NCBI GenBank assembly: GCA_963674755.2 | Contig: CAXXVS010000003.1 | Location: forward strand, 1,952,001 to 2,016,000 | Source: Desulfobacterales bacterium | GTDB lineage: Bacteria > Desulfobacterota > Desulfobacteria > Desulfobacterales > UBA5852 | DNA length: 64,000 bases | Direction of reading: 5' to 3' | Shown: one piece after another, positions 1-10,570 of the stretch | How the letters are laid out: the number at the start of each line of letters is the position of its first letter | Position numbering within the stretch: the first letter of the stretch is position 1 | The notes under the pieces: generated by a model | Databases searched by the model: none | Told to the model about the DNA's origin: nothing | Seen by the model: only the letters and a program-made list of their open reading frames with translations | Position numbers and translations under genes: made by a program

Positions 1-387
1 ATAGAACTGGATCTTGCCCTCCTGGAAGACTGCCGTCGTCAATTCCCCGCCTGGCGCGACGCCGACCCCTGGACGTTGCAACCGGCCGAAGGGGATCGCA
101 GGCCGGAATGATCCTTGTCGTCAACGCTGCGGAAACGCTGCGCTAGAAGTATTTCGCTTGACAGTTTCAGTGCTTTCTGAAAAGAATTATAAGCTTTTCT
201 TCCAGTTAGCGATGATCGTTATTTAGCGTCAGCCAGCCGTTCGGCTGCCGTCTTCTAATTTTTTGCGAGGAGATTATCCCTTCGAGACGGCTATGCCCGT
301 CGATGGTCTTTGATCGGGATCGGTCGCAACGGACGATCCCCCTGGGCGATATATCTGGAATAACCCCAAGCGATAGGAGAGGACGCG

Positions 388-2124
388 ATGACATCAGCCC
401 CCTGGCCCACCCCGAACTGGCCCGAAGGCGTACCCTTCGAGGTTTCCGACTATGAAAAGCCCATCTTCAGTCTGCTGGATGAAGCGGCCCGTGACTATCC
501 CCAGCAGGTGTACACGGTTTTCAACGATGCCACTCGCACCTATGCCCAGGTCAAGGACACGGCCGACCGGATTGCCAATTTCCTACATACCAAAGGCATC
601 CGCAAAGGGGACCGGGTGGCCATATTCCTGCCCAACTTGCCCCACTACCCGGCGGTCTACTTCGGCATTCTGAAGGCCGGTGCCGTCTGCGTCACCTGCA
701 ACCCTCTCTACACACCCAGCGAGCTGAACTATCAACTAAAAGATGCCGGCGCCAAAGCCCTGTTCTGCATGGATCACCCCCAGTTCTACCCCACGACCGT
801 AAAGGCCATCGAAGGCACCGACGTGGAAACGGTGGTGATCTGCAGCGTCAAGTCCTATTTGCCGCCCCTGAAAGGCTTTCTGGGCGGCTTGCTGGGCAAG
901 ATTCCCAAGGCCGAAAACCATGTCTCCGGCCATTTGATGTTCGATGACGTGGTCAAAAACGCCCAACCCTCTCCCCCAGCCGTGAACATCAACCCTACGG
1001 AAGACCTGGCCCTGATCATCTACACCGGTGGCACCACAGGGGTGCCCAAAGGCGCTGCCCTAGTCCATTCCAATTTCTGCTATGACCTCGCGGCATTGGA
1101 TGCCTGGATGCGTCTCGAATACGAGAAGGGCGCACCGCGGGAAGGCGTCCGCAAGGGCGGCTATCATTGTTATCTGGGGGTGCTGCCCTGGTACCACAGC
1201 TTCGGTATGACCTGCGCCATGCTGTCGGCCTGCGCATCGGGCAGCCGCCTGATCTGCGTGCCGGACCCCCGGGCCGGCGATCCCCCCTTTACCGAAGTCC
1301 TCAAGATCGTCCAGAAACAGCGGCCGACCCTGATGCCGGCCGTCCCGACGGTTTTTGTGGCCTTTACCAACCACCCGCTTTTGGATCAATATGATCTCAC
1401 TTCCCTGATGGGGTGCTTCTCGGGCGGGGCCCCCCTTCCGCCTGAGGTCTGCAAGCGTTTCGAAGAGAAGACCGGGTCCGTCATTTTCGAAGGCTATGGT
1501 TTGAGTGAAACCGCTCCGGTGGCCACTACCAATCCGACATTTCCGGACAAACGCAAAATCGGATCCATCGGTTTCCCCCTTCCGGGTACCGACATCAAGA
1601 TTTTGAATGCCGAATCCAGCGAGATCGAGATCCCCCGGGGTGAGGATGGCGAAGTGGCCATCTGCGGCCCTCAGGTCATGAAAGGCTATTGGAACAAACC
1701 GGCCGAAACCGCGGAAGTGTTCCGGGAAATCGACGGCCGGCGTTATTTTTTGACCGGTGATATCGGACACGTCGACGAAGATGGTTACGTGGTGATTACC
1801 GACCGTAAAAAGGATATGGTCCTGGTGGGAGGCTTCAATGTCTATCCACGGGAGGTGGAAGATATCCTTTTCACGCACCCCAAGGTAGAACTGGCTGCCG
1901 TGGTGGGCGTACCGGATGCGAAAAGCGGCGAAACCGTCAAGGCCTTTATCAAAATCAAAGAAGGTGAATCCTGCACGGAAGAAGAGATTCTGGCCTTCTG
2001 CAAGGAGAACATGGCCGGCTACAAGCGGCCCAAGCTGATCGAATTCCGCGATGAAATCCCCACCTCCAACGTGGGCAAGGTGTTGCGGCGGGTGCTGCGG
2101 GATGAGGAGCAGGGTAAAGCTTAG
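388..2124 (+). CDS. Long-chain-fatty-acid--CoA ligase (AMP-binding family)
   Basis: 578 aa; YTGGTTGVPKGA, EGYGLSE, TGDIG and SNVGKVLRR adenylation motifs; AGGAG SD upstream. Confidence 0.93.
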   Translation: MTSAPWPTPNWPEGVPFEVSDYEKPIFSLLDEAARDYPQQVYTVFNDATRTYAQVKDTADRIANFLHTKGIRKGDRVAIFLPNLPHYPAVYFGILKAGAVCVTCNPLYTPSELNYQLKDAGAKALFCMDHPQFYPTTVKAIEGTDVETVVICSVKSYLPPLKGFLGGLLGKIPKAENHVSGHLMFDDVVKNAQPSPPAVNINPTEDLALIIYTGGTTGVPKGAALVHSNFCYDLAALDAWMRLEYEKGAPREGVRKGGYHCYLGVLPWYHSFGMTCAMLSACASGSRLICVPDPRAGDPPFTEVLKIVQKQRPTLMPAVPTVFVAFTNHPLLDQYDLTSLMGCFSGGAPLPPEVCKRFEEKTGSVIFEGYGLSETAPVATTNPTFPDKRKIGSIGFPLPGTDIKILNAESSEIEIPRGEDGEVAICGPQVMKGYWNKPAETAEVFREIDGRRYFLTGDIGHVDEDGYVVITDRKKDMVLVGGFNVYPREVEDILFTHPKVELAAVVGVPDAKSGETVKAFIKIKEGESCTEEEILAFCKENMAGYKRPKLIEFRDEIPTSNVGKVLRRVLRDEEQGKA

Positions 2125-2195
2125 TACCAATTATGCTCTCAAACGGTAGGGGAGGGCCTAAAAGGCTTTTTCGGCCTGGGCAGGACTCATATCGA

Positions 2196-2396
2196 TGTTC
2201 ATTTTCTTCCGCGTGGAAGAAAGCGAACCAATCACGCCTCGGCGTGACAGGCTTCAGACGCCCGTGTCCCGCTTAACCCTGCGCGTCGTCGACACGGTCG
2301 GAGCGCGCGGAAGCTCGCCCTGCTTCCAGCGGGATTCAAACAAGTCCGCACGCTTTTATCCGACCGTATCGCCGATGCTCGGCGCGGAACAAAGGG
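2196..2396. repeat. Dispersed structured intergenic repeat, family R2, copy 1
   Basis: Near-identical to 37330-37558 (TGTTCATTTTCTTCC.CGTGGAAGAAA.CGAACCAATCACGCCTCGGCGTGACAGGCTTCAGACGCCCGTGTCCCGC...); internally self-complementary. Confidence 0.9.
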
Positions 2397-2502
2397 GGTT
2401 AACCCCCGAACGCTAAAAGCGCTGCAAGGCAACCCTTAGGGGGTGCCTATTCAGATCTATCGTTGGGTGAAATTTATGATGGAATCAACGCCGCTGGCGG
2501 TT

Positions 2503-2811
2503 TTACGACCGCTGCGGCGTTTTGCGTTGGGGGAGATCCGTAAGGGGGCGGCCGTCGATTTGGATCACCAGAAGCCCTGTGGATTCTTCTTTGGACAGAG
2601 TGATGCGGGCCTCCGTCGATCCGGCCAGGGCGGGCTGGGTGCTGCGCAGGGCGGGAAAATCCAGCGTCTCCAGAGCTTCCAGGAGCAGGGCGATTTCCTT
2701 CTCCAGCCGGGAACGCTCGTCATTCTGTCTGAAGTAGGACCGCACGGCGGCATTGTAGCGCTGCCGGATGGCGGTTTCGATGCAATGGCGGCTGAGATCC
2801 AGTTCCAGCAT
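2503..2811 (-). CDS. Hypothetical protein, 102 aa
   Basis: Co-oriented 29 bp after the radical SAM gene; plausible SD and protein-like composition. Confidence 0.7.
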   Translation of the reverse strand: MLELDLSRHCIETAIRQRYNAAVRSYFRQNDERSRLEKEIALLLEALETLDFPALRSTQPALAGSTEARITLSKEESTGLLVIQIDGRPLTDLPQRKTPQRS

Positions 2812-2840
2812 GATCGTCCTTGTTCATCCCTGGTCCGATG

Positions 2841-4451
2841 TCAGGCCTCCGGGAGATAATCGACCCAGCGCCACATGGTTTGTCCCTCCCGGGTGGGCTC
2901 CCGGCGCAGGCCGTCACGCTGCCAGGCATGTCCCAGGGCGTCGCGGATAGCCTCCCGGGACCAGTTGGGCATCCGGCGGGCGGCGCGCTGTGACAGGGCG
3001 TCGAGGGCCTTCCCGTCGTCACCGACAGCCCCTTCCCCATCGGCTGTGGGGGCAAGCTTTTCGAGGACTTCGGCCATCATCATATCATAGAGAATCGCCG
3101 TCCGGTTCATGTTGTGGATCAGGGCGGCTTCTTCTTCCGAAGCATTGCCGGTCGGCATGCGCTTCTGGATATCGGCCAGGTAATCCAGGAAGCGCGTCTG
3201 CCATTCTTCGGCAATGGCGTCCAGGCCTGCCGGATCCATACCGTGGGGCAGGCAGATGGCGCGGTTGGCATGGTAGTCGGGCCAGTGGCGGGACAGCACC
3301 TGCAGACCGAAGGCTTCGGGATCGTCGCCGATGGCCGTTCCGGGAAAGGGGGCCAGCAGGTGAAACCCGTAAGAGAGGCCCTGTTCGCCCAGGCGCCGGG
3401 CAAAGGCCATGGTCTGCTCCAGGGTGTCCGGTGTTTCCCCGGGCAGGCCCAGGATAAAGGAGGCCGTGGCCTCCAGACCGGCCTGGCGGCACATGGCCAC
3501 GGCGTCTTCCACCTGGGTCAGGGTGATCTTTTTGCGCACCCGTTTGAGAATGTCGGGACACCCGGATTCAACCCCGAAACTGACGGCATGGCAACCGGCC
3601 TCGCGCATGCGGGTCAACAGCGGAACCGATACGGTATCCACCCGGGCGAAGGACGACCAGCGGATGATCAGGTTGCGGCGCAGGATCTCATCGCAGATGG
3701 CCAGGCAGTGGCGCGGGCTGGCCGTGAACAGATCGTCGGCCAGATTGGCCTGGCGAAATCCCAGGGCGGCCAGACCGGCGATCTCGTCCACCACGCGCAG
3801 GGGCGGACGGTAACGCACCCGGGCCCCCACCATCCGGCGCCCCACGCAAAACGCACACTGGAAGGGACAGCCGCGGCTGGTGGTGACGCTGACCGGTATG
3901 CCCAGGGTGCGATAGCGCCCCAGGGGCAAACCATGACGGACCGGGTCCGGCAGGCGGCTTAGATCGGCTTCAGGCTCCCGCCAGGGGGTATGGCGAACCG
4001 CCCCGTTTTCACGGAAGGCCAGCCCCGGGATCTTTTCCCATCGCGTGGGGTCGGGTTCGGCCAGCAGGTCCAGAATCGTGTTCTCGCCTTCGCCCCGGAC
4101 GATGACATCCAAGCCCGGGACGGCGGCCAGGGTGGCCGCCGTGCTGAAGGTCACATGGGGGCCGCCCATGACGGTCAGGACCTCCGGCGCGATGGTCTTG
4201 ACCTCCCGGATGAGGGTAAAGGCGGTTTCCGCAGTCATGGTGACGGCCGTGACGCCCACCATGTCCGGCTGAAAGCCATTCAGCGCCGCGGCGATGGTCG
4301 TGGCGTTTTGGGGTGTGACCACCAGGTCGAGGATCTTAACGGCGATGCCGGCGGCTTCCAGGGCCCCGGCCAGATAGGCCAGGCCGAGGGGCGGCGAAGG
4401 GGTTTCGGTAATGGGATAGTAGGGGTTGATGAGCAGAACGCGTTTGGTCAT
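2841..4451 (-). CDS. B12-binding-domain radical SAM protein
   Basis: PPLGLAYLA and GGPHVT cobalamin-binding motifs; SRGCPFQCAFC (CxxxCxxC); GVESG; ILGLPGET. Confidence 0.92.
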   Translation of the reverse strand: MTKRVLLINPYYPITETPSPPLGLAYLAGALEAAGIAVKILDLVVTPQNATTIAAALNGFQPDMVGVTAVTMTAETAFTLIREVKTIAPEVLTVMGGPHVTFSTAATLAAVPGLDVIVRGEGENTILDLLAEPDPTRWEKIPGLAFRENGAVRHTPWREPEADLSRLPDPVRHGLPLGRYRTLGIPVSVTTSRGCPFQCAFCVGRRMVGARVRYRPPLRVVDEIAGLAALGFRQANLADDLFTASPRHCLAICDEILRRNLIIRWSSFARVDTVSVPLLTRMREAGCHAVSFGVESGCPDILKRVRKKITLTQVEDAVAMCRQAGLEATASFILGLPGETPDTLEQTMAFARRLGEQGLSYGFHLLAPFPGTAIGDDPEAFGLQVLSRHWPDYHANRAICLPHGMDPAGLDAIAEEWQTRFLDYLADIQKRMPTGNASEEEAALIHNMNRTAILYDMMMAEVLEKLAPTADGEGAVGDDGKALDALSQRAARRMPNWSREAIRDALGHAWQRDGLRREPTREGQTMWRWVDYLPEA

Positions 4452-4510
4452 ATGTTTCCGACAACCATCAGCCGTTGACAGCCGTCAGGTGAACCTACCC
4501 GAGCCGTCAA

Positions 4511-4538
4511 GAAAAAGGCCCGGAATTTCTTCCGGGCC
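4511..4538 (-). terminator. Rho-independent terminator after fhs
   Basis: Minus strand GGCCCGGAA-gaaa-TTCCGGGCC followed by TTTTT. Confidence 0.75.
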
Positions 4539-4595
4539 GTAATCGATCATCAGGGCGGCACCGGCGGAGGCCAGTGCCGCATATTATTGAAAGGG

Positions 4596-6359
4596 CTAGA
4601 AGAGTCCCGACACCTTGCCGGTTTCCGGATCGACATCCACCCGGCGGAAGGCCGGGTTGGAGCTCGTGCCGGGCATCAGGCTGATGGTGCCCGCGCAGGG
4701 GCAGAGGAACTTGGCGCCGGAGTAGATCAGCACGTCGCGGATCGGCAGACGCCATCCCTTGGGCACGCCCTTCTTGACCGGATCGTGGCTCAGGGAGAGG
4801 TGGGTCTTGACCATCATGGTGGCGAAATCGGCGTATTTGGGGTCGTTCTCCAGCATTTCGGCCTTGGCATTGGCCTCGGGAGCCCAGTCCACACCGTCGG
4901 CGCCGTAGACGTTCTTGGCGATGGTTTCGACGCGGTCGCGCAGCTTCATCTCCAGCGGATACAGGAAGTCGAAGTCGTTTTTCTCGTTGCAGGCGTCGAT
5001 GACGGCATCGGCGAATTCGAGGGCCCCGTCGCCGCCCTTTTCCCAGTGCTTGGACTCGGCGCAGCGGGCACCGGCCGCTTCGGCGGCCTTGCGCACGATG
5101 GCGCACTCGGCATCCGTGTCGGTGTAGAAGCGGTTGATGCAGACCACCGGGTTGATGCCGGCCTTGCGGATCACACCGATCATGTGGACCATGTTCTCGC
5201 AGCCCTTTTCGACCAGTTCGAGATTCTCTTTGGTATAGGCATCGTCAAGCGCCTTGCCGGCGACAACCTTAGGTCCGCCGCCGTGCATCTTGAGGGCCCG
5301 GATGGTGGTGGTCAGGACCGAGACATGGGGTTTGAGGCCGGAGAAGCGGCACTTGACATTCCAGAATTTCTCGAAGCCGATGTCGGCGGCGAAGCCGGAC
5401 TCGGTGACGTGGTAGTCGAACAGCTTGAGGCCCACGCGGTCGGCGATGATGGAGCTCTGGCCCACGGCGATGTTGGCAAACGGGCCGGCGTGCACCATGC
5501 AGGGGTTGTATTCCGCGGTGCACATCAGGGTGGGGTTGATGGTGTTGCGCATGAAAGCGGCCATAGCGTTGCCCACTTCGAGGTCGCCGGTGGTGACCGG
5601 CTTGCCGCTCTTGTCGAAGGCTACCGTAATGTTGTTGAGGCGCTCCTTGAGGTCGGCCAGGTCTTTGGCCACGGCCAGGATGGCCATACACTCGGAGCCT
5701 ACGGCGATACCGAATTTGGACTGCATGGTGAAACCGTCGTAGCGGCCGCCGAGGCCGATCACGATGTTGCGCAGGGCCTGGGCGCAGAAATCGATGATCC
5801 AGCCCATTTCCACGCGGGTGGGATCGATATCGAGGCGGCGCATCTTGGTGAGGCGTTCCAACTGCTCATCGTTGTAGTTGCGCTCATGCTGCATACGGGA
5901 GGTCATGGCCACCATGGCCAGGTTGTGGGCGTTCATGATGTCGTTGATGTCGCCCGTGAGGCCCAGGGAGAATTCGGTCATGGGGATCAGCAGGGAGTTG
6001 CCGCCGCCGGCCGCGGTGCCCTTGACGTTCATGGTGGGGCCGCCGGAGGGCTGGCGCAGGGCGCCACCCACGTTGACGCCGCGTTTGCCGAGACCTTCCA
6101 TGAGTCCGCAGGAGGTGGTGCTCTTGCCTTCTCCCAGGGGAGTCGGGGTAATGGCGGTCACTTCGATGTATTTTCCATCGGGTTTGTTCTTCAGGCGATC
6201 GATGATCTTGAGGAAGTCGAGCTTGGCCAGCCGCCCCATGGGCAGCATCTCATCGGCCTGCAAGCCGAGTTTCTCCCGCCATTCGTCGGGCGAGGGCATG
6301 TTCTTTTCTGCCGCTTCGGAAATCTGCCAGTCTGCCATATTAACCGCATCGTAAGCCAT
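4596..6359 (-). CDS. fhs: Formate--tetrahydrofolate ligase
   Basis: 587 aa; [37 protein letters not shown] and MPG motifs. Confidence 0.97.
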   Translation of the reverse strand: MAYDAVNMADWQISEAAEKNMPSPDEWREKLGLQADEMLPMGRLAKLDFLKIIDRLKNKPDGKYIEVTAITPTPLGEGKSTTSCGLMEGLGKRGVNVGGALRQPSGGPTMNVKGTAAGGGNSLLIPMTEFSLGLTGDINDIMNAHNLAMVAMTSRMQHERNYNDEQLERLTKMRRLDIDPTRVEMGWIIDFCAQALRNIVIGLGGRYDGFTMQSKFGIAVGSECMAILAVAKDLADLKERLNNITVAFDKSGKPVTTGDLEVGNAMAAFMRNTINPTLMCTAEYNPCMVHAGPFANIAVGQSSIIADRVGLKLFDYHVTESGFAADIGFEKFWNVKCRFSGLKPHVSVLTTTIRALKMHGGGPKVVAGKALDDAYTKENLELVEKGCENMVHMIGVIRKAGINPVVCINRFYTDTDAECAIVRKAAEAAGARCAESKHWEKGGDGALEFADAVIDACNEKNDFDFLYPLEMKLRDRVETIAKNVYGADGVDWAPEANAKAEMLENDPKYADFATMMVKTHLSLSHDPVKKGVPKGWRLPIRDVLIYSGAKFLCPCAGTISLMPGTSSNPAFRRVDVDPETGKVSGLF

Positions 6360-6618
6360 TTATCCTATCCTCCTTTGCTAAGTTGTTGGATTAAACAGGC
6401 AACGAATCCATAAGGTGGTGCGTCATCTATTGTAAGAACCACGAAAATCAGGTGGGCGGTCTGATGGCTGCGGTCTTCAGGCGGAACTCAGCCCTGTTCG
6501 CAGCGTTCGAAATGAACTCCGCCCTTGTAGCAGCTCGGTCCTTTTTTGGCAAGGATAAATCATCGCACCGCGGGGTTGCCGGCGGCCGGATCGGCCGCTC
6601 TCGTTCTTGAGGGGGGCG

Positions 6619-8592
6619 TTAGCCCCGGGCGTGCTGGAGGCGGTAGTAAAACCCCTTCTTTTCCATCAACCGGGCATGCGTGCCGGCCTCGATGATCCGG
6701 CCGTGGTGCAGCACCAGGATATGGTCGGCATGCTGCACGGTGGACAGGCGATGGGCCACCAGAAAGGTGGTGCGGCCGCGGGTCAGGCGCTGGAGAGCCA
6801 CTTGGATGCGGGTTTCGGTTTCCGAATCGATGTAGGAGGTGGCTTCATCGAGGATAATGATATCCGGCCGGCGGGCAAAGGCGCGGGCAATGGACAGGAG
6901 CTGGCGCTCCCCGCTGGACAGGGAGGCGCCGCCTTCGGACAGGACGGTATCCACCCCCCCGGGCAGGCGTGCCACGATGTCGAGGCAATTGGCATCTGAC
7001 AGGATCTCGCGAAGCTTTTCGTCGGGAACATCTTCGCTGGCCGGCAGGATGTTGTCGCGGATGGAGCCGGAGAACAGGAACGGGTCCTGCATGACAAGCG
7101 CCATGCGGGCGCGCAGGACGGCCGGATGCCAGGCCCGGATGTCGACATCGTTGATGCGGATGGTGCCGGTGCTCGGCAGGTGAAAGCGCCCCAGGAGTTG
7201 GGTCAGGGTGGTCTTGCCGGAGCCGGTGGGTCCCACCAGGGCCACGGTTTCGCCGGCCTGGACGCGGAAGGAAATATCGTGCAGGACGCGTTCGCCCGGA
7301 AGATAGCTGAAGGAGACCTTGTCGAAGACGATGTGGGCGATGGGCGTTTCGGCCGCGGGCGTGATCGCGGACTCCTCCGGGGGGCGGGGCAGGGTTTCCC
7401 GGCTGTCCAGCACCAGAAAAAGGCGTTCCGCAGAGGCCAGGGCGTTTTGCAGAATATTGTACTTTTCCGAAAGGTCGCGGATGGGGCGGAAAAACATGCG
7501 CAAATAGGAGATGAAGGCCACCAGCACCCCGAGGGTCATATCACCGGCCAGAATGCTGTTGCCGCCGTAAAGGATGACGATGGCCACGGTCACCAGGCCC
7601 AATACTTCCACCAGGGGCATGAAAACCGCCAGGAGATGAATCTGCTCCATGCCGGCCAGGTAGTTGGCATGGTTCAGGGTGCGGAATTTCCGTTCGTTGT
7701 CGGCTTCCCGCCGGAAGGCTTGAATCACCCGGATGCCGCCGATGGTTTCCGCGAAAAGGGTGTTGATCTCGGCGACCTTGATGCGCAGCAGGCGAAACAC
7801 CGAGCGCACCCGGCGGGAAAACCACCAGGAGGCCAGGACCACCAGGGGCAGGACCGTAAAGGATGTGAGGGCCAGGCGCCAGTGCATCGCCAGCAGGACG
7901 CCCCCGATGCCCAGCAACAGGAAGAGATCCTTGAAGAGCATGGACAGGACGGAGGTGAACAATTCATGCATATTCTGCACGTCGTTGGTGACGCGGGTCA
8001 CCAGGCGGCCCACCGGATTGCGGGTGAAAAAGGTCATGGACAGATCCTGCATGTGCCGGAAGAGCGCCAGACGCAGATCATGCATGACGAAATGACCGGT
8101 TTTTTCCATGATGATCTTCTGGAAAAAGTTGAGCACGAAATCGATCACGATCAGCAGCAGATAAGCGCCCGCAATCACCAGGAGACCATGGAGCTGGGGG
8201 TGGCGCAGGGTCTGGCGCTCGGCCGGAGAGAGTCGCCCGAAATCTTCGTAAGACAGGACCCAGCCCCCATTGCGCTGCACCAGCATCCCGGGATGGCGCT
8301 GCCGGAAGGCCGGCAGGGCGGGATTGCCGGCGGACAGGAACAGCCCCCGGGCCTCCGGTGTGTGCGCCGCAGCCGCCACGGCCTTGGGCCGGGGGACGAT
8401 ATAGCGGTCGATGGCGATTTTGGTCAGGTAGGGCAGGGTCAGATCCAGCACGGTGAGCAGCACGACCAGGCCCATCGAGACGGCCAGCATGCGGCGATAG
8501 GGCGCAATAAAGGGCAGCAGCCGGCGCAGCAGGCCCAGATCCCGGCGCTTGTCCAACTGTCCTTCTTCGAAATACCCCATGTCATGCTGCAT
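6619..8592 (-). CDS. ABC exporter half-transporter (TMD+NBD, consensus site)
   Basis: GPTGSGKTT, LSSGERQ, IILDEATS, AHRLST; ATG at 8592 overlaps the upstream stop. Confidence 0.92.
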   Translation of the reverse strand: MQHDMGYFEEGQLDKRRDLGLLRRLLPFIAPYRRMLAVSMGLVVLLTVLDLTLPYLTKIAIDRYIVPRPKAVAAAAHTPEARGLFLSAGNPALPAFRQRHPGMLVQRNGGWVLSYEDFGRLSPAERQTLRHPQLHGLLVIAGAYLLLIVIDFVLNFFQKIIMEKTGHFVMHDLRLALFRHMQDLSMTFFTRNPVGRLVTRVTNDVQNMHELFTSVLSMLFKDLFLLLGIGGVLLAMHWRLALTSFTVLPLVVLASWWFSRRVRSVFRLLRIKVAEINTLFAETIGGIRVIQAFRREADNERKFRTLNHANYLAGMEQIHLLAVFMPLVEVLGLVTVAIVILYGGNSILAGDMTLGVLVAFISYLRMFFRPIRDLSEKYNILQNALASAERLFLVLDSRETLPRPPEESAITPAAETPIAHIVFDKVSFSYLPGERVLHDISFRVQAGETVALVGPTGSGKTTLTQLLGRFHLPSTGTIRINDVDIRAWHPAVLRARMALVMQDPFLFSGSIRDNILPASEDVPDEKLREILSDANCLDIVARLPGGVDTVLSEGGASLSSGERQLLSIARAFARRPDIIILDEATSYIDSETETRIQVALQRLTRGRTTFLVAHRLSTVQHADHILVLHHGRIIEAGTHARLMEKKGFYYRLQHARG

Positions 8593-10339
8593 CGATGGCC
8601 TCCGTAACCGTTTGCAACTGAACGGTTTCGGCATAGTAGCCGCCGGCCCGGAGCAAATCGTCGTGGGAACCGGCGGCGGCGATCCGGCCCTGGTCGAGAA
8701 CGATGATCCGGTCGGCCCGGCGGACCGCCGACAAACGGTGCGAGACGATCAGCAGGGCGCGTTCCCCCTGGAGTTGCTGGAGGGTTTGGATCAGACGCCG
8801 ACCGGTGGCCATGTCCACCTGGCTGATGGGATCGTCCAGGAGCAGCAGGGGCGCCTCCGCCAACAGGGCCCGGGCCAAGGCGATGCGCTGTTTCTGGCCG
8901 CCGGAGAGCACCACCCCCTTTTCGCCCACCAGGGTGTCGAGCCCGCGGGGAAAGGCGGCCAGGGTGCGGGTCAAAGCCGCCTGTTCGAGCACCCGCTCCA
9001 ACTGATGGCGTTGCACCGCGCGCCCCAGGGTGATGTTGTCGCGGACGGTGGCGGCGAAGAGAAAGGGTTCCTGGGGAACGAGCGCCATGGCAGCGCGCAG
9101 GGTTTCCAGTCGGATCGCCCGCAAATCGATGCCGTTTAAAAGAATCCGTCCCGCGGAAGGATCGTACAGGCGGGGGATCAGGTTCAACAGGGTGGTTTTC
9201 CCGGCCCCGGGCGGTCCCACGATACCCAGGGTTTCACCGGGTCTCACCGTCAGATCGATATCCTGTAGAACGAGCGGGGAGGACTCGTCCCGGTCGCCCT
9301 TGCCGTAACGGAAGGATACCTTCCGGAACGCGAGGCGGCAGGGGGGGCTGATGCGGGCGGCGGCCCCGGGACGGTCGGCAATGAGCGGCCGGGTTTCGAG
9401 GATGCGATTCAAGCGTTTCAGCGAGGCCCGGCCCCGCTGAATCAGGTTGGTGACCCAGCCCATGGCCATCATGGGCCAGGTCAGCAGACCGAGATAACTG
9501 ATGAAGGCCACGAAATCCCCCGGGGTGATGTGTTGCAGGATGGTCTGGCGTCCCCCCAGGGCGATCACGAACACCATGCTGAGATTGGTCAGCAGCACCA
9601 TCATGGGCAGGAAGGCGCCGGTCACGCGGACCAGGCCCAGGTTTTCCTGCACATATCCCCGGGAGGCCTTTTGCACGGCGTTTATGGATGCGGACTGCCA
9701 GCCATAGGCTTTGATCACCCGTATCCCGGCCAGCCGTTCGCGCACCACTTCCGTCATATCGGCAAAGGATTTCTGGACGGTCTGATAGCGCTGGTGCATC
9801 TGGCGGCTGAAGAAGCGGGTTCCCAGGACGATCAAGGGGGCCGGAATAAGGACGAACAGGGTCAGCCGCACGTTGATGAAGAGCATGAAACCGACCGCGG
9901 CCGCCCCCAGGACGATGGCGTCATTGAACGCCACCATGCCCATGCCGGTGGCCATGCGGACCTGGTTGATATCGTTGGTGGCATGGGCCATCAGGTCGCC
10001 GGTCGAAGCGCTGTCGAAAAAGCGGGGCGAAAGCGTCTGCAAATGCCGAAACAGGCGGTTGCGCAGGGCTTCCTCGACCCGCCGGGAGGTTCCCAGCAGG
10101 CAGCGGCGCCATACATAGCGGAAACCGCCGATCAGCAGACCGACCCCGACGATCAGGAGGGCATCGTGCATCAGGCCTTGCCAGGCAATTTGGGCCAGGG
10201 TCAGGCTGTCCACCGCGGATTTGATGATGCGGGGGATGATCAGCTGGAGGAAATCGACGATGATCAGGCTGACCAGACCGATAAGGATGCGGGCGCGATT
10301 GGCGATGATGGTGGGTTTGATCAGATCCAGGGGTGTCAC
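8582..10339 (-). CDS. ABC exporter half-transporter (TMD+NBD, degenerate Walker B)
   Basis: GPPGAGKTT, LSGGQKQR, LLLDD; partner of the downstream half-transporter (MdlAB/YheIH-like pair). Confidence 0.92.
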   Translation of the reverse strand: MTPLDLIKPTIIANRARILIGLVSLIIVDFLQLIIPRIIKSAVDSLTLAQIAWQGLMHDALLIVGVGLLIGGFRYVWRRCLLGTSRRVEEALRNRLFRHLQTLSPRFFDSASTGDLMAHATNDINQVRMATGMGMVAFNDAIVLGAAAVGFMLFINVRLTLFVLIPAPLIVLGTRFFSRQMHQRYQTVQKSFADMTEVVRERLAGIRVIKAYGWQSASINAVQKASRGYVQENLGLVRVTGAFLPMMVLLTNLSMVFVIALGGRQTILQHITPGDFVAFISYLGLLTWPMMAMGWVTNLIQRGRASLKRLNRILETRPLIADRPGAAARISPPCRLAFRKVSFRYGKGDRDESSPLVLQDIDLTVRPGETLGIVGPPGAGKTTLLNLIPRLYDPSAGRILLNGIDLRAIRLETLRAAMALVPQEPFLFAATVRDNITLGRAVQRHQLERVLEQAALTRTLAAFPRGLDTLVGEKGVVLSGGQKQRIALARALLAEAPLLLLDDPISQVDMATGRRLIQTLQQLQGERALLIVSHRLSAVRRADRIIVLDQGRIAAAGSHDDLLRAGGYYAETVQLQTVTEAIDAA

Positions 10340-10570
10340 AATAGCGTTTTCCGATCCTAAGGCGACCGCCGGGTAGCGAAACAGCCAACCGATGTCATCT
10401 GCAAATCTATAAACCTAAGGCCCGTTGGCGAGGCGGTCAATGAACGCTCCTCCGATGGGAGCTTGTGCGGCACTGTCGTTGGGGTAGGACGTGGAATCGA
10501 TGCCACGATTCCCACCTCTCCTGTTTTCGCCGATTGACTTTAGAAAATTAGGTTGATATTTTGAGCGGTT

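Noticed and set aside
1..120. Possible start of a minus-strand gene running off the window (LTTAVFQEGKIQFY)
   Set aside because: Too short to identify or to fix a start codon.
4587..6413. 608-aa plus-strand ORF and similar long antisense ORFs (e.g. 34708-37323, 47216-48859, 20604-22223)
   Set aside because: Shadows of well-supported genes on the opposite strand in GC-rich DNA; no motifs.
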